A DNA stretch of 64,000 nt from the NCBI GenBank assembly GCA_951406725.2, contig OX597834.1, positions 29,698,001-29,762,000 of the forward strand, given 5' to 3'. Shown here piece after piece: positions 1-12,771 of the stretch. Below the pieces are notes generated by a model. The model searched no databases. It saw nothing but the letters and a program-made list of their open reading frames with translations, and had not been told where the DNA came from. The DNA is from Octopus vulgaris. Its lineage: Eukaryota. Every line of letters starts with the position of its first letter. Position 1 is the stretch's first letter. The translations under genes and the position numbers were made by a program.

Positions 1-73
1 ATTATATATATATATATTATATATATATATATATAAATATTCATATAAATATATATATTTGTATATATATATA

Positions 74-130
<57 letters not shown>

Positions 131-192
131 TGTGTGTGTATGAACATATATATATATATCAATATATATGCCAATACATATTTATCGATATA

Positions 193-274
<82 letters not shown>

Positions 275-275
275 G

Positions 276-309
<34 letters not shown>

Positions 310-313
<4 letters not shown>

Positions 314-444
314 TATATATAAAAATACAAAATGGGACAAGAATGCAAAATACACAAAGAGACGACACACAGAACGGACGGGTCATTCGAAGCCTCTAAT
401 CTTCAGTCAGGAACCGGATCATCCTAGCAAATTTCAGCTGAATA

Positions 445-447
<3 letters not shown>
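310..447 (-). repeat. Interspersed repeat embedded in (TA)n (Penelope-like fragment?), copy 1
   Basis: Its reverse complement aligns to 1373-1508 (GATGATCCGGTTCyTGACTGAAGATT...GGCTTCGAAT...CCCGTCCGT). Confidence 0.65.
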
Positions 448-490
<43 letters not shown>

Positions 491-772
491 TATACACAGA
501 GGAAGAATAAGCAAGTAGATAAATATCACTATATACATGCGTAAGTATGTGTAATGAATGGTGTGTGCCATGCAACTGCCTAAAGCATGAATAGTTGTAA
601 TTATAAAGTTGACTCAATAATTGTATGTAAACTCAGGTGAAATTTTGTTGAAGGTGAAACTACTCAGCTATGAAATTTTGTCAAACTTCTTGCCGATTTA
701 TCATCTCTTTAAATGAGATTGCTTTATGTTCTTATATGGTATACATTGCAAACCTATAGAAAAGCAAAGAAA

Positions 773-824
<52 letters not shown>

Positions 825-1004
825 TATAACTATACACACACACGGACACATACCTATATATAAGTATTTAAGGAAAGAGTTCAAAAGATGCAAAGATATG
901 TGCATATATAAATATGCACAACACACACGCACACACATATATATATATATGTATGTATGTATATTTGTATATATATACATGTATGTATACTATATATAGT
1001 ATAA

Positions 1005-1262
1005 AAGCACATGGCTTGGTGGTTAGGGTGTTGCTGTCGTGGTCGTAAGATTTTCGCTTCATTGCTTGGACCAAACAATACATTTTGTCCCTAAGCAAAA
1101 CACTTCATTTCATATCACTCCAGTCCACTCAGGTAGGAAAAATGAGTAATTCTGTGATAGACCGGTGTCCTGTCAAGTGGGGAATATATTCACCACGGAA
1201 ACCTGGAAACTGGCTTCATGAGGCTACGGCACAGGATGAAACTAGAAACTTTGCTTTATTCT
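1005..1262 (+). mobile_element. tRNA-derived SINE (family B; CORE-like plus V/Meta-like body), diverged
   Basis: A-box-like TGGCTTGGTGGTTAG, CORE-like TGTCCCTAAGCAAAACACTT, and GTGATAGACCGGTGTCCTGTCAAG. Related heads at 35058 and 45530. Confidence 0.6.
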
Positions 1263-1372
1263 ATATATTACATATTATATGTGTGTGTGTTTGTGTTAAT
1301 GTGTATATGTATATACACATATACATCTATATATACACATACATAAATATTAATATATATATATATATATAT

Positions 1373-1507
1373 TTAATCAGCCGAAATTGCGAAGATGATC
1401 CGGTTCTTGACTGAAGATTGAAGGCTTCGAATCTCCCGTCCGTGTTTTTTGTGTTGTCTTCTAAATGTTTCACGTTCTTGTCCCAGTTTGTATTTTTTTA
1501 CTTTTAC

Positions 1508-1508
<1 letters not shown>
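1373..1508 (+). repeat. Interspersed repeat embedded in (TA)n (Penelope-like fragment?), copy 2, inverted relative to copy 1
   Basis: Aligns to the reverse complement of 310-447. Confidence 0.65.
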
Positions 1509-1554
<46 letters not shown>

Positions 1555-1770
1555 GTTCACAAATGAAATTTAGAGATTCCCTGTATAGTGGATATTTATT
1601 AGTAGTGCTCAAAAGATTCAAACTTAGATTTCGATGTGTTTACAGGGGATCATTCCACAAGGTAAAGAAAGGCTACAAAAGGGATCAAGCTGAGCCGGTT
1701 TAAAGGCAATTATGTAGATAAAACAAATTAGACACATCAAATCTATTACATATATTAAATACATCAAATA
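1555..1770 (+). repeat. Interspersed repeat, copy 1 (second copy at 29960-30178)
   Basis: Shared TTTACAGGGGATC..TTCCACAAGG...GGGATCAAGCTGAGC.GGTTTA.AGGCAATTATG.AGATAAAACAAATTAGACACATCAAAT. Confidence 0.75.
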
Positions 1771-1850
1771 CTTGCAATATATTTGAAGTGTCGAATTTAT
1801 TTATCTACCTAATTGCCTCTCTCACTCTCTCTCTCTCTCTCTCTCTCTCT

Positions 1851-2198
<348 letters not shown>

Positions 2199-2344
2199 TG
2201 TTTGGATTTATGCATTCAAATATGTGTTTGGTGTCTTTGATCAATTTATTGAAAGCAAGAAAATATCTCCAAATATTTGAGTTCTTTAAACCTTGGACAG
2301 TCAAGTTTTATAACAAATTTAAGTGGACCAACGCCTTGTGTTAC

Positions 2345-2710
2345 CTAATTGGCTGTTTAAGCATGGTAAGCAGTTAGCCACCCAACCACTGAGTGGCACC
2401 TTAGGCAGGTGTCTTCTGCTATAGCCTAGGGCTATCCAAATCCTCTATCAATGGATTTGGTAGATGGAAATTGAAGAAAGCCGTCATATATATGTGTGTA
2501 TGTGTGTGTCTGTGTTTGTCCCCCTCCACCCCTTGGCAACTACTGTTGGTTTGTTTATGTCCTTCGTAAGTTAGCTGTTGAGGAAAATGGGACTGATAGT
2601 TTAAAAAACATTAATACAGGGGTCAATTCATTTGACGAAGAAATTCTTCAAAGACATGTCCCTGTATGGCCACAGCTAAATAACTGAAACATCTAAAAGA
2701 TAAAAGAGAT
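2345..2710 (+). mobile_element. SINE family A, diverged copy
   Basis: Colinear with 13446-13857 (GGCACCTTAGGCAGGTGTCTTCTGCTATAGCC...ATGGCCACAGCTAAATAACTGAAAC). Confidence 0.75.
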
Positions 2711-3217
2711 ACCCAAATATATATATGTATGTTTAGTACTTAAATTTTCTTATTTATATGCATATGTATGTCTTTATATCTACACACACACACACACACA
2801 ATCTCACAAGTGTTAATGTCTGTGTGTGTGTGTGTATGACTGTCTCCTTACATTTGTAAACTAATATACACCATGACTAATTAGATAGAGCAGGTAAAAA
2901 TAACACTTTAAGAAATACCTGGCAGTTAGTGTCGCAAACATAATGATGCTAGAAACTTTAGTGAATTTTGTACTGCACAGGCATACAAACTTAACCAAAC
3001 TCCCAAATTTCAGTAAATAGTCGCATTTATGTACATTCATACGTATGTATGTCATATGAATAAATTTGGGATTGTAAAAATTTCACAGACTTTTGGGCTT
3101 AACGATGTCCATTTATCGAACACCATCCATGCCTCTAATAATGTGTGCACGCATGTATACATGCCATGCATGCATATATATTTACTTACACATGTATAGA
3201 AATAAACGTGTTGATAT

Positions 3218-3270
<53 letters not shown>

Positions 3271-3547
3271 AGGGCTTATGCACAAATATGTAAGCTTGTT
3301 TACACACACAAACACACATATATATTATATATATATATATATACAAACACATTTATACATCTATGCATGTGTGATGAGTGTTATATATGTATATATGTGT
3401 GTTTGCATATATATATATGTAAATGTTGAACATACATATATATATCAAGTAAATGTTTAACATATATATATATATATATATCAATTAAAAAAAGATAAAT
3501 GTATATATATATACACACACACAAATTTATAGATGTTTATATATTTA

Positions 3548-3598
<51 letters not shown>

Positions 3599-3886
3599 TT
3601 ATGTATGTTGGTATATATGTCTTTTTTTGTATATATAAATGCATATATATGTATATGTGTTTGTATGTGAGTGTGTGTATATATATATATATATATATAT
3701 TTGTAAATAGTAAGGGATTATCCCAAATGTTTACCGGTTCATATTCAAAATAGGTCTAGGTAGATCTGTATATATATAAAAAGAATTAAAAGTGATGCTA
3801 TGCAACTTCGTAATAATTCTTATTATTTTCTTGTTGATATATATACATACATATATATATATATGTGTGTGTGTATATATACACAC

Positions 3887-3950
<64 letters not shown>

Positions 3951-4589
3951 ATTTATATGCACACAGGTCTTTGTGTCACAGATATATTAACATCTTCACC
4001 TACATTTATTGCGTAAGTATCCCGTAATTTATTCTGCTGCTCAAAATACTTGAATTTCCTCAATTATTTATGAGCTGTTCATAGATATTCAAAATATGCC
4101 AATTTTACCCAACACAGGCAATTTGGCAGTTATTATAAAACTGTTTCAAATGTATACATTAAAGTACATCTTTGTAATATATACAGATATTATTTATGAT
4201 GTGTATAGTTTTCAGCTATCAATTTATATATATTGGTTCTCTATGAGCACTCCGTAAATAACCCATACATTTTAAAATATACTTAATATTATGTATGTAT
4301 GTATGTATGTATGTATGTATGTATGTATGTATGTATGTATGTAGGTATGTTTGTATGTATGAGTGTATGTGTGCGCACATATATATATATATATATTTGT
4401 ATATTGCGATTATTACATACTTTTATATAATCTAATGTATAGTCATGTAACAAATTACATATTACATCATATATATATATATGCCTGCATTTATATGTTT
4501 GTGTAAATACGTACATACATATATTTGTTTATACTTAAAAATTGTTGCTTCAAATTGGAGAATATCATTATGATATATATTATATACAG

Positions 4590-4633
<44 letters not shown>

Positions 4634-4666
4634 ATATATATATATATATAAATATATATATATATT

Positions 4667-4700
<34 letters not shown>

Positions 4701-5191
4701 CATACATACATACATATTTTCATAAACACATATATATCTATCTCCACACACATACAAATATATACATATAGATGTGTACATGTGTGTGTGTATATATATA
4801 TATATATAATATGATATAATACAATATAATATAATATGATATATATATATATATACACAGACAAACTACATCTATTCATATGTATATATGTAGGTATATC
4901 TATGCATATATATATTAAGGATTTTATGTTTGTTTAATATGATATATTACCTTATATAACCATGTATGATATAAAATTTATATTACATTATATACATCTT
5001 TATATTTTGTATGAGTTTCTCAGTATATTTTCATTTTGAAGTTATGGTTCAATTCTCCACATAGGCTTGCTGCCACTTTCCTCTGTCTTGTAAAAGTATT
5101 TACCCGTAAGCTGTTTTCCCAGTTTTTCTGTTTGAGAATTCCTCTATTTCCTGTAGAATACCAACTCAATAAGCTCTCCCAAGTTTCTTTG

Positions 5192-5274
<83 letters not shown>

Positions 5275-5284
5275 AATATATATA

Positions 5285-5343
<59 letters not shown>

Positions 5344-5457
5344 CACATATATATATACATATATATATACACTATATATATATACATATAAATATATACA
5401 GACATACATACATATATGTAACATATATATATATAGCTATATATGTGTACATGTGTG

Positions 5458-5489
<32 letters not shown>

Positions 5490-6547
5490 TATATATAGAT
5501 AGATTGATAGATGGATAGATAGATAGATACATAGACAGATAGATATATTATGTGTATATATCACAGACATATATTTATATACTATACATATGCGTATCTA
5601 TATGTCATGTATAAGCTTATAGATATATAAGATATATTTGCATATATATATATATATATATATATAATCAAATATATATGTGTATATATATATATATGTA
5701 TGTATATAAAGATTACTATGTCTATATTAATAAATTAATACCATATTCTGTATATTGTTAAAACAATACATTTCTTACAATATTTTGCATAATATTGTAT
5801 TATGTAATAATTGTTATGTAAGCTTCCATAGTTTAAACTAAATGCACCTGTTGCTAGTGTGTGTGTGTGTGTGTGCGTGTGTGATTGAGTGTTTGCATAC
5901 GTGATTGTATTCATGCATGTCCATTTAGTAAAGTTAACAATCTTTTGGTCATTGAATCCTCGTATATTCAGAAATTGCTTTGCTACCTGTTTAAGAGGAC
6001 AAACTATTTCAAAATGAGAGAATATCAAATAAGACAGAAAACTTTGACAAAAAGTATGTGGGTATGTTATGGCATGTTTAGGAGAGATTGTGGGAGATAT
6101 ATAGATGCGAAATACATCACAACTAGTTTATTTATTACTCCGGCAGATAATTTTTCTTTAACTTTCAAGAACTTTTTATTTCACATCTACTTGAATCACT
6201 GATTTATACTGCACTTCTCAGTATGTATATCCATAAATCCTTTTTTATTCTTTCTTGTTAAATGATGCCGCATTTGGTAATTATAGCTAAATATATGTAC
6301 TTATTTTTAATTCATAAAATTTTAATGATATCTGTATCAAAATTCGTGCATTGTTTTCATTGTTGGATGAATATCTCGTTACATGAAATGATCGAATTTT
6401 TTTACAATGTTTTATGTAAAATGAATTGTTTACATCTTCATAGCTCTCTGCCATAACTAACTTATTTATTCAATACCATAGCTAAAAAGAAGTAACTTAA
6501 AAAAATATCTGTATACTAATTATTCTACTGTTGCCTATATCTATCTA

Positions 6548-6631
<84 letters not shown>

Positions 6632-6646
6632 TATATATACATATAT

Positions 6647-6722
<76 letters not shown>

Positions 6723-6884
6723 GCACATATATTAATATAGATAATTTACATGTGTATGTGTGAGTGTGTGGATATGTTTTGAAAGACCTACGATACCTAA
6801 TGACCCCAGGAAACATTACTGATCATATATAGAAAAACGTGTGTGTATGTATGTATATATTTATATATACATACATATTTAGTG

Positions 6885-6975
<91 letters not shown>

Positions 6976-7538
6976 TATATATATATTTAGTGTGTGCATA
7001 TATATATAGTGTGTGTATGTATATATGTATATATACAATATATATACATGTGCGCATGTGTGTGTGTGTGTGTATGGTATCACTAATGTGTTATGTTTGA
7101 TATATGCCTTTGATGCAAACTAATGTTACATCATTCATTTCATAGCTCAAGAAATGCTTCATTCAATATATCCAATTACAGATGAGAATTTGTCAAAAAC
7201 TTTATCCAGACTGGGATGTTCCTTTGTCAATTCAAAATTATGGGGAAAATAAATGCACAAATAGATTTTTTTTTTCTCAATCCTTGGAATCCATTACTTT
7301 TCTTCATTTCCCTTTCTTTTTCTTTTGATTTCTTTTTTTTTCTTTTTTTTCTTTTTTTTTTAATCTTTTTTGTTGATAATTTGTTGTATGTTTTCTTTAT
7401 GGAATCCAAGAATGAAAAGTTTTGAAATATATCCTCTCCCATTCATAAAGATTACATAATTTTAGAATCGACTATAATTATAGGGAATATAGACACTGGA
7501 CCTTTTTTTTTAAAGAAGGATTTTTAAGGTTTGCTTAC

Positions 7539-7603
7539 CTTTTAACCGTCCTCCGTCGTCGTTTTGTAGCATACATAGTCTTGATAACCCAATCGTCCAC
7601 CAT
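7539..7603 (-). CDS. AHR: Aryl hydrocarbon receptor (AHR/spineless orthologue), first coding exon (65 nt, phase-2 donor); the bHLH exon lies beyond the left edge of the window
   Basis: The reverse complement reads ATG GTG GAC GAT TGG GTT ATC AAG ACT ATG TAT GCT ACA AAA CGA CGA CGG AGG ACG GTT AAA AG|GTAAGC = MVDDWVIKTMYATKRRRRTVK(R/S). YATKRRRR is the N-terminal basic motif of invertebrate AHRs (Drosophila spineless TVYATKRRRR; vertebrate TYASRKRRK). Consensus donor GT at 7538-7537. Confidence 0.9.
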
Positions 7604-8319
7604 CAATGTTGTTCGTAGTGGTATCACACACACAATATATATAAATATTATATATCTATATATATATATTTTATATATATATATCTATATCTATGTATCT
7701 ATATAGCTAGATAAATGGATATAGATATAAGTATATATATAAATATGTTTTGTAGAAATGGATAACGTTAAATAAAAATAATGATACAATATTTTATATA
7801 TATGTATATACATACATTTGTGTAAGTATATGATTAAATATATACATATATTTAAACATATATGTATATATAGTTGTATAAACCTTTGTGTGTATTTTTA
7901 TAATATATATATTACAATTTTGCAGCATCTATATACAGGTTAAAAAAATTTAAATACATATATATATATCTTAATATATTTATTTATATATGTATAATTG
8001 TTTTCTTGTTTGTTTTTTTCTTTTGTTTTTTTTTTTGGTGTTTTTTTTTTTTTTTTGTAACCTACAGCATGTTTATGAAATTGAATATTATTTCCTTATT
8101 GTTTTTCTTATCACCTGAATGTACTACCCTGGCTAAGATTTGAACCATTGATAACTGCATGATAATTTAGTTTATGAGGAATGTTGACAGTAACAACAGC
8201 GTCACACAGTGTGGTTTCTTTCTCCCCCATCTATGTGTTAAACACAGATATCATGGTAGATTAGGCAAGTGTGCACATTTCTCATCAGAGCATATTGGCA
8301 ATCAGAAAGTATGGGCAGT

Positions 8320-8320
<1 letters not shown>

Positions 8321-8352
<32 letters not shown>

Positions 8353-8365
8353 TGGCAGCAGCAGT
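8321..8365. repeat. (AGC)n trinucleotide repeat in the AHR 5' region
   Basis: About 10 perfect AGC units plus a degenerate extension. Confidence 0.9.
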
Positions 8366-8507
8366 GACTGTGATGGTGATGCTGATGGTTACGGTGACTG
8401 CAGCAGCAATTTTCGGTTGCAAGGTCCCAAGCCACGCGCGACCTATCACTTGGAAGTGGGGGGAATGAATGGTAGGTTGGGATGTTGGCTGAATGGCCAA
8501 GACTCAC

Positions 8508-8560
8508 CTTGTCTTCTTTGCCATCCCCCCACCACCATCACCATGACCATCAACGTTCAT
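8508..8560 (-). CDS. Candidate alternative first exon of AHR (or a 5'UTR exon with uORFs): MNVDGHGDGGGGMAKKT + AG|GTGAGT
   Basis: Strong donor AAG|GTGAGT (GT at 8507-8506). ATGs at 8560 and 8524 are open and in frame to the donor, with the same phase-2 AG overhang as the canonical exon. It lies ~110 bp downstream of the CCAAT/GC boxes. Confidence 0.4.
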
Positions 8561-8668
8561 TCATATGCACACACACACACACACACATACATATACATAT
8601 ATATAAATGCACACACATACACGCATGTACACACACACATATACACACCACTTCCCACCTAAGTCTTA

Positions 8669-8706
8669 CAAGCCACGCCCATTCCAATATAGTGCTAGCC
8701 AATCAG
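8669..8706 (-). promoter_or_regulatory. Putative AHR proximal promoter: Sp/KLF GC box plus two CCAAT (NF-Y) boxes
   Basis: GCCACGCCC at 8672-8680, CCAAT at 8684-8688 and a near-perfect NF-Y site AGCCAATCAG at 8697-8706, clustered in unique sequence ~1.1 kb upstream of the AHR ATG. Confidence 0.6.
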
Positions 8707-8827
8707 CACTCTGGAAGCTTGTGTTGTTTTTTTTTTTTTCCTTTTGTACAGACTCAATATAGTAACAACAGTCAGTGGCCATAATGTGGGGGGTGAGTGG
8801 GGACGATGATGATAATAATAGTAATGA

Positions 8828-8875
8828 TGGTGGTGGTGGTGGTGGTGGTGGTGGTGGTGGTGGTGGTGGTGGTGA
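8828..8875. repeat. (TGG)n trinucleotide repeat upstream of the AHR promoter
   Basis: About 15 TGG units. Confidence 0.9.
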
Positions 8876-9193
8876 TGGAGGAGGGAGAGAGGCGGTAAGA
8901 CTGTAATGAGAATTGTTGTGGGAGTGAGATTTGCTGGACAAGTGGAAGGGGAATGTGGAAAGAAAATAAAAAAGAAAAAAGAAAAAAAACACATGAAAGG
9001 GACATAAGACAGCAACAACAATAGCAAGAATTGCATTGTCATCAGGACCCTTTTTCTGTGAAGGTGGAGAAATTGAGAAGATGGGGGGGGGGGGCAGGAG
9101 AAGAGAAAGGACATGAGAAGCAGAGTTGTGACAGTAAAGAGAGATATGCTTAAGAACTACCTGTGTTTTATATTTGATCTGTTTAGTCGCAGC

Positions 9194-9236
<43 letters not shown>

Positions 9237-9268
9237 TATGTGTGTGTATGTGTGTGTGTATGTGTGTG

Positions 9269-9348
9269 TATTTACTTATATGTATGTGTATGTATATATG
9301 TGTAGCTATATTCATGTGTGCTAGGTATGTGTGCATCATCATCCTTTA

Positions 9349-9441
<93 letters not shown>

Positions 9442-9551
9442 TGTGTGTGTGTGTGTATGTCTGTGTGCGTATTTACTTATATGTATGTGTATGTATATAT
9501 GTGTAGCTATATTCATGTGTGCTAGGTATGTGTGCATCATCATCCTTTAAT
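9269..9551. repeat. Tandem duplication of an ~82-bp cassette between (TG)n tracts (period 201 bp)
   Basis: TATTTACTTATATG...GTAGCTATATTCATGTGTGCTAGGTATGTGTGCATCATCATCCTTTAAT at 9269-9350 and 9470-9551. Confidence 0.85.
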
Positions 9552-9612
9552 GTGTGTGTGTGTGTATGTGTGTGCTTGTGTGTATGTGTGTGTGTGTATG
9601 TGTGTGTGTGTG

Positions 9613-9654
<42 letters not shown>

Positions 9655-9828
9655 ATTGGCACAGCCTCATTTTGATATGCTGTTGTATGTTTAACTGTAT
9701 CTGTGTGTGTATGCTTCATAGACACACATGTACAGAACGAAGCACATATCTATATAGTTAGTTAATTAGTTACTTAGATAGACAGACAGACAGATAAACA
9801 TAGTCGGATAGATAGATAGATAGGTAGG

Positions 9829-9872
<44 letters not shown>

Positions 9873-9875
9873 AAT

Positions 9876-9911
<36 letters not shown>

Positions 9912-10184
9912 TTAGATAGATAGACCAACAGACAGATAAATAGTTACACACACAAACATATATATATATATATATTATCAGCCCCACAAACACATATTCA
10001 TATATATCTATATATGTGCATGTGTGCATATATAATATGTATATATGTGTGTATGTATGTATGTGTGTGTATGTGTGTGTGCATGCATGTGTGTGTATGT
10101 ATCTACTTATATGTGTTTGTATATATGAATGTAGTTTGTTATTATTACCTGTACAAGATGTTGAACTATGAGAATTGTTGTAAG

Positions 10185-10345
10185 ACAAAATAGGCTTAGC
10201 AGCATTTGTTCTGCTCTATGTTCTGAGTTCAAATACCACCAAAGTTTGCTTTACTTTTTTTCTTTCAGGGTGGATAAAATAAGTTGAGCTTAGGGGGCCA
10301 ATGTAATTGACCCCACTCTCTCACCCAAAATTCCAGGCTTTGTGC
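10185..10345 (+). mobile_element. SINE family C, degenerate fragment
   Basis: GTTCTGAGTTCAAATACCACC...TCTTTCAGGGTGGATAAAATAAG, similar to 61953-62172. Confidence 0.55.
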
Positions 10346-10531
10346 CTATAACAGAAAGGATGATATTACTCTTTTTTCCATTTTGGTAGAGATCAGCCAA
10401 GATTTCTTGAGACTTTATTCCATGGCTTGATGCCCTTCTTGACATCAACTCTTCCTTAATTTTGGAGGAAGCTAATTTTTCCCATGTTTGAAATACTGCT
10501 ACATGTTATATTTTATAGAAAACATAAACCT

Positions 10532-10753
10532 ATTTCTTTACTACCCACAAGGGGCTAAACACAGAGAGGACAAACAATGACAAAGGGATTAAGTCGATTA
10601 TATCGACCCCAGTGCATAACTGGTACTTACTTAATTGACCCCGAAAGGATGAAAGACAAAGTCGACCTCGGCGGAATTTGAACTCAGAACGTAGCAGCGG
10701 ACAAAATACTGCAAAGCATTTCACCCGGCGTGCTGACGTTTCTGCCAGCTCCC
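10532..10753 (-). mobile_element. SINE family C (tRNA head plus Deu/Nin-like domain)
   Basis: The reverse complement closely matches 61953-62172. It has B-box GAGTTCAAATTCC and GCCGAGGTCGACTTTG.CTTTCATCCTTTCGGGGTC...AAGTACCAG, resembling the Deu/Nin domain. Confidence 0.8.
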
Positions 10754-10774
10754 ATATCATTGTATATGTGTATA

Positions 10775-10888
10775 TCATCATCATCATCATTCAACGTCCG
10801 CCCTCCATGGGTGGGACAGTTTTACAAGAGCCAGCCGGGCAGAAGCCTACACCAGACTTCTGTGACTATACACACACACGCACATTCC

Positions 10889-10941
<53 letters not shown>

Positions 10942-11040
10942 ATCAGATTGGAGTCTGGTGCAGCCATCTGGTTCACCAGACCTCAGTCAAATCGTCCAAC
11001 CCATGCTAGCATGGAAAGCGGATGTTAAACAATGATGATG

Positions 11041-11045
<5 letters not shown>
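10775..11045. mobile_element. Two opposed fragments of the RTE-tailed (GAT)n SINE family D around a (TA)n tract
   Basis: ATCATCATCATTCAACGTCCG (minus-strand tail) at 10775-10870, and CCAACCCATGCTAGCATGGAAAGCGGATGTTAAACAATGATGATG (plus-strand tail) at 10940-11045. Confidence 0.7.
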
Positions 11046-11094
<49 letters not shown>

Positions 11095-11820
11095 ATACAT
11101 ACAGAGCCATGTGATAATGGCTGTATGTCTCTCAAAATTGTGTCATTGTTTCTCAACGAGCATTTTATAAAATTTGCACAGAATTCCAAAACCATAACTG
11201 AATAATGCACAAAGTTAAGTATGCCTGGTTCTCGGCCCCGCTTGGAACCCAAAAGTGAGGTGAGGAAATGCCAATTGCTGAAAATAAAGGACTTAGCGTG
11301 TGAGATACACAAATATCATTTAATGATGTTAAAAGTCTCTTTAGCTTTCTTCTTGAGTTTCTTTTCACTCTCTCTCCTTCTTTTCCCCCTCTTCTCTCTA
11401 TTTCACTATCATTCCCTTTCTCTCTTAGTTTCACACAGCACATACATATACACATGAACGGACACTCTACATCAGTCATCTCTTATACATCTCTTATACA
11501 GTCAGTGTTTACTAGAACGTGGTAGTAGTAAGTATCTCCCATGCAAAAATCATTAAACCTGAGTATGTGGTTTCAAGTAGCATTGAAGGATAGAAAATAT
11601 TTTATTTCTTCATAGTCTCACATATCCACTTGTTATATTGATACTCAGGTATTATGATCCATAATAATTTTCACTTTAGAACGAATTAATCTATATAAAT
11701 ATACATGTGTGTATACACACACATGTATTTTATGATCTATGTATTTTTTATTTATATATACATATATATACATTTAATATATAGATATTTATTTAAATGA
11801 ATACATAAACTCATATGCAG

Positions 11821-11864
<44 letters not shown>

Positions 11865-12178
11865 ATGTATGTACGTCTATCTATATATATGCACATACAC
11901 ACACACACAAACACATTTATGGAACTGTCAGGTCATAAGAATTTAGAAACTTCCAGAGACATTAAATAATTCGTTTTTAATGGTGGAACTTGGATGGAAA
12001 AACGTTGAAGAATGCTCATACGACTCTAACTGATATATAAATACCTGTCTATAAATGCCTGGCTTGTTTCCAGAAGATATGGGTTCAAGTCACATGACCA
12101 TCCTTTAACTTTTTCATTCTAAAGATTTTTTGAAGCTAACCCTAACCCTACCTACCTATCTATCTATCTATCTCTCTC

Positions 12179-12266
<88 letters not shown>

Positions 12267-12279
12267 TAAATTGATAGAT

Positions 12280-12357
<78 letters not shown>

Positions 12358-12409
12358 GAGGAATGCCAGTGTAGAATGTAGATGTTAAATGATGATGTTG
12401 ATATATGTA

Positions 12410-12556
12410 TCATCATCATTTCATTATCATCATCATTATTTAACGTCCACTCTCCATGCTGGCATGGGTTAGTTGGCTTGACTGGAACTGGTAAACCAGA
12501 AGACTGCATCAGGTTCCAGTCTGATTTGGCATGTTTTCTATGGCTAGATGCCCTTT
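12410..12556 (-). mobile_element. SINE family D 3' fragment
   Basis: (ATC)n TTTAACGTCCACTCTCCATGCTGGCATGGGTT...TTTCTATGGCTAGATGCCCTT. Confidence 0.7.
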
Positions 12557-12740
12557 ATGTGTGTGTGTGTGTTTGTGTTTGTGTCTATGTAACACGTGCT
12601 TGTGCATATATATATACATGTGTGTTTGTGTATGTGTGTGTGTGTTTTATTTAATTTTATTTAATTTATATTAAAATTTTTTTATGTATTGGATTAAATC
12701 TTTCTTTGTTTGATTTGCAAAATAGTGGTTTTGTCTCTAA

Positions 12741-12771
<31 letters not shown>

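Noticed and set aside
1373-1435. Hammerhead from GAAA (1383) and CTGAAGA (1411)
   Set aside because: The stems cannot be paired in the required register in either this copy or the 310-447 copy.
8000-8070. Plus-strand splice acceptor (poly-T...CTACAG) of an antisense gene
   Set aside because: There is no supporting downstream ORF or donor, and it is equally explained as an A-rich tract of the AHR 5' region.
8174-9114. Longer ORFs with poly-S/A/C/H/P/T runs near the AHR promoter
   Set aside because: They are kept open by (AGC)n and (TGG)n repeats in several frames, with no recognisable domain.
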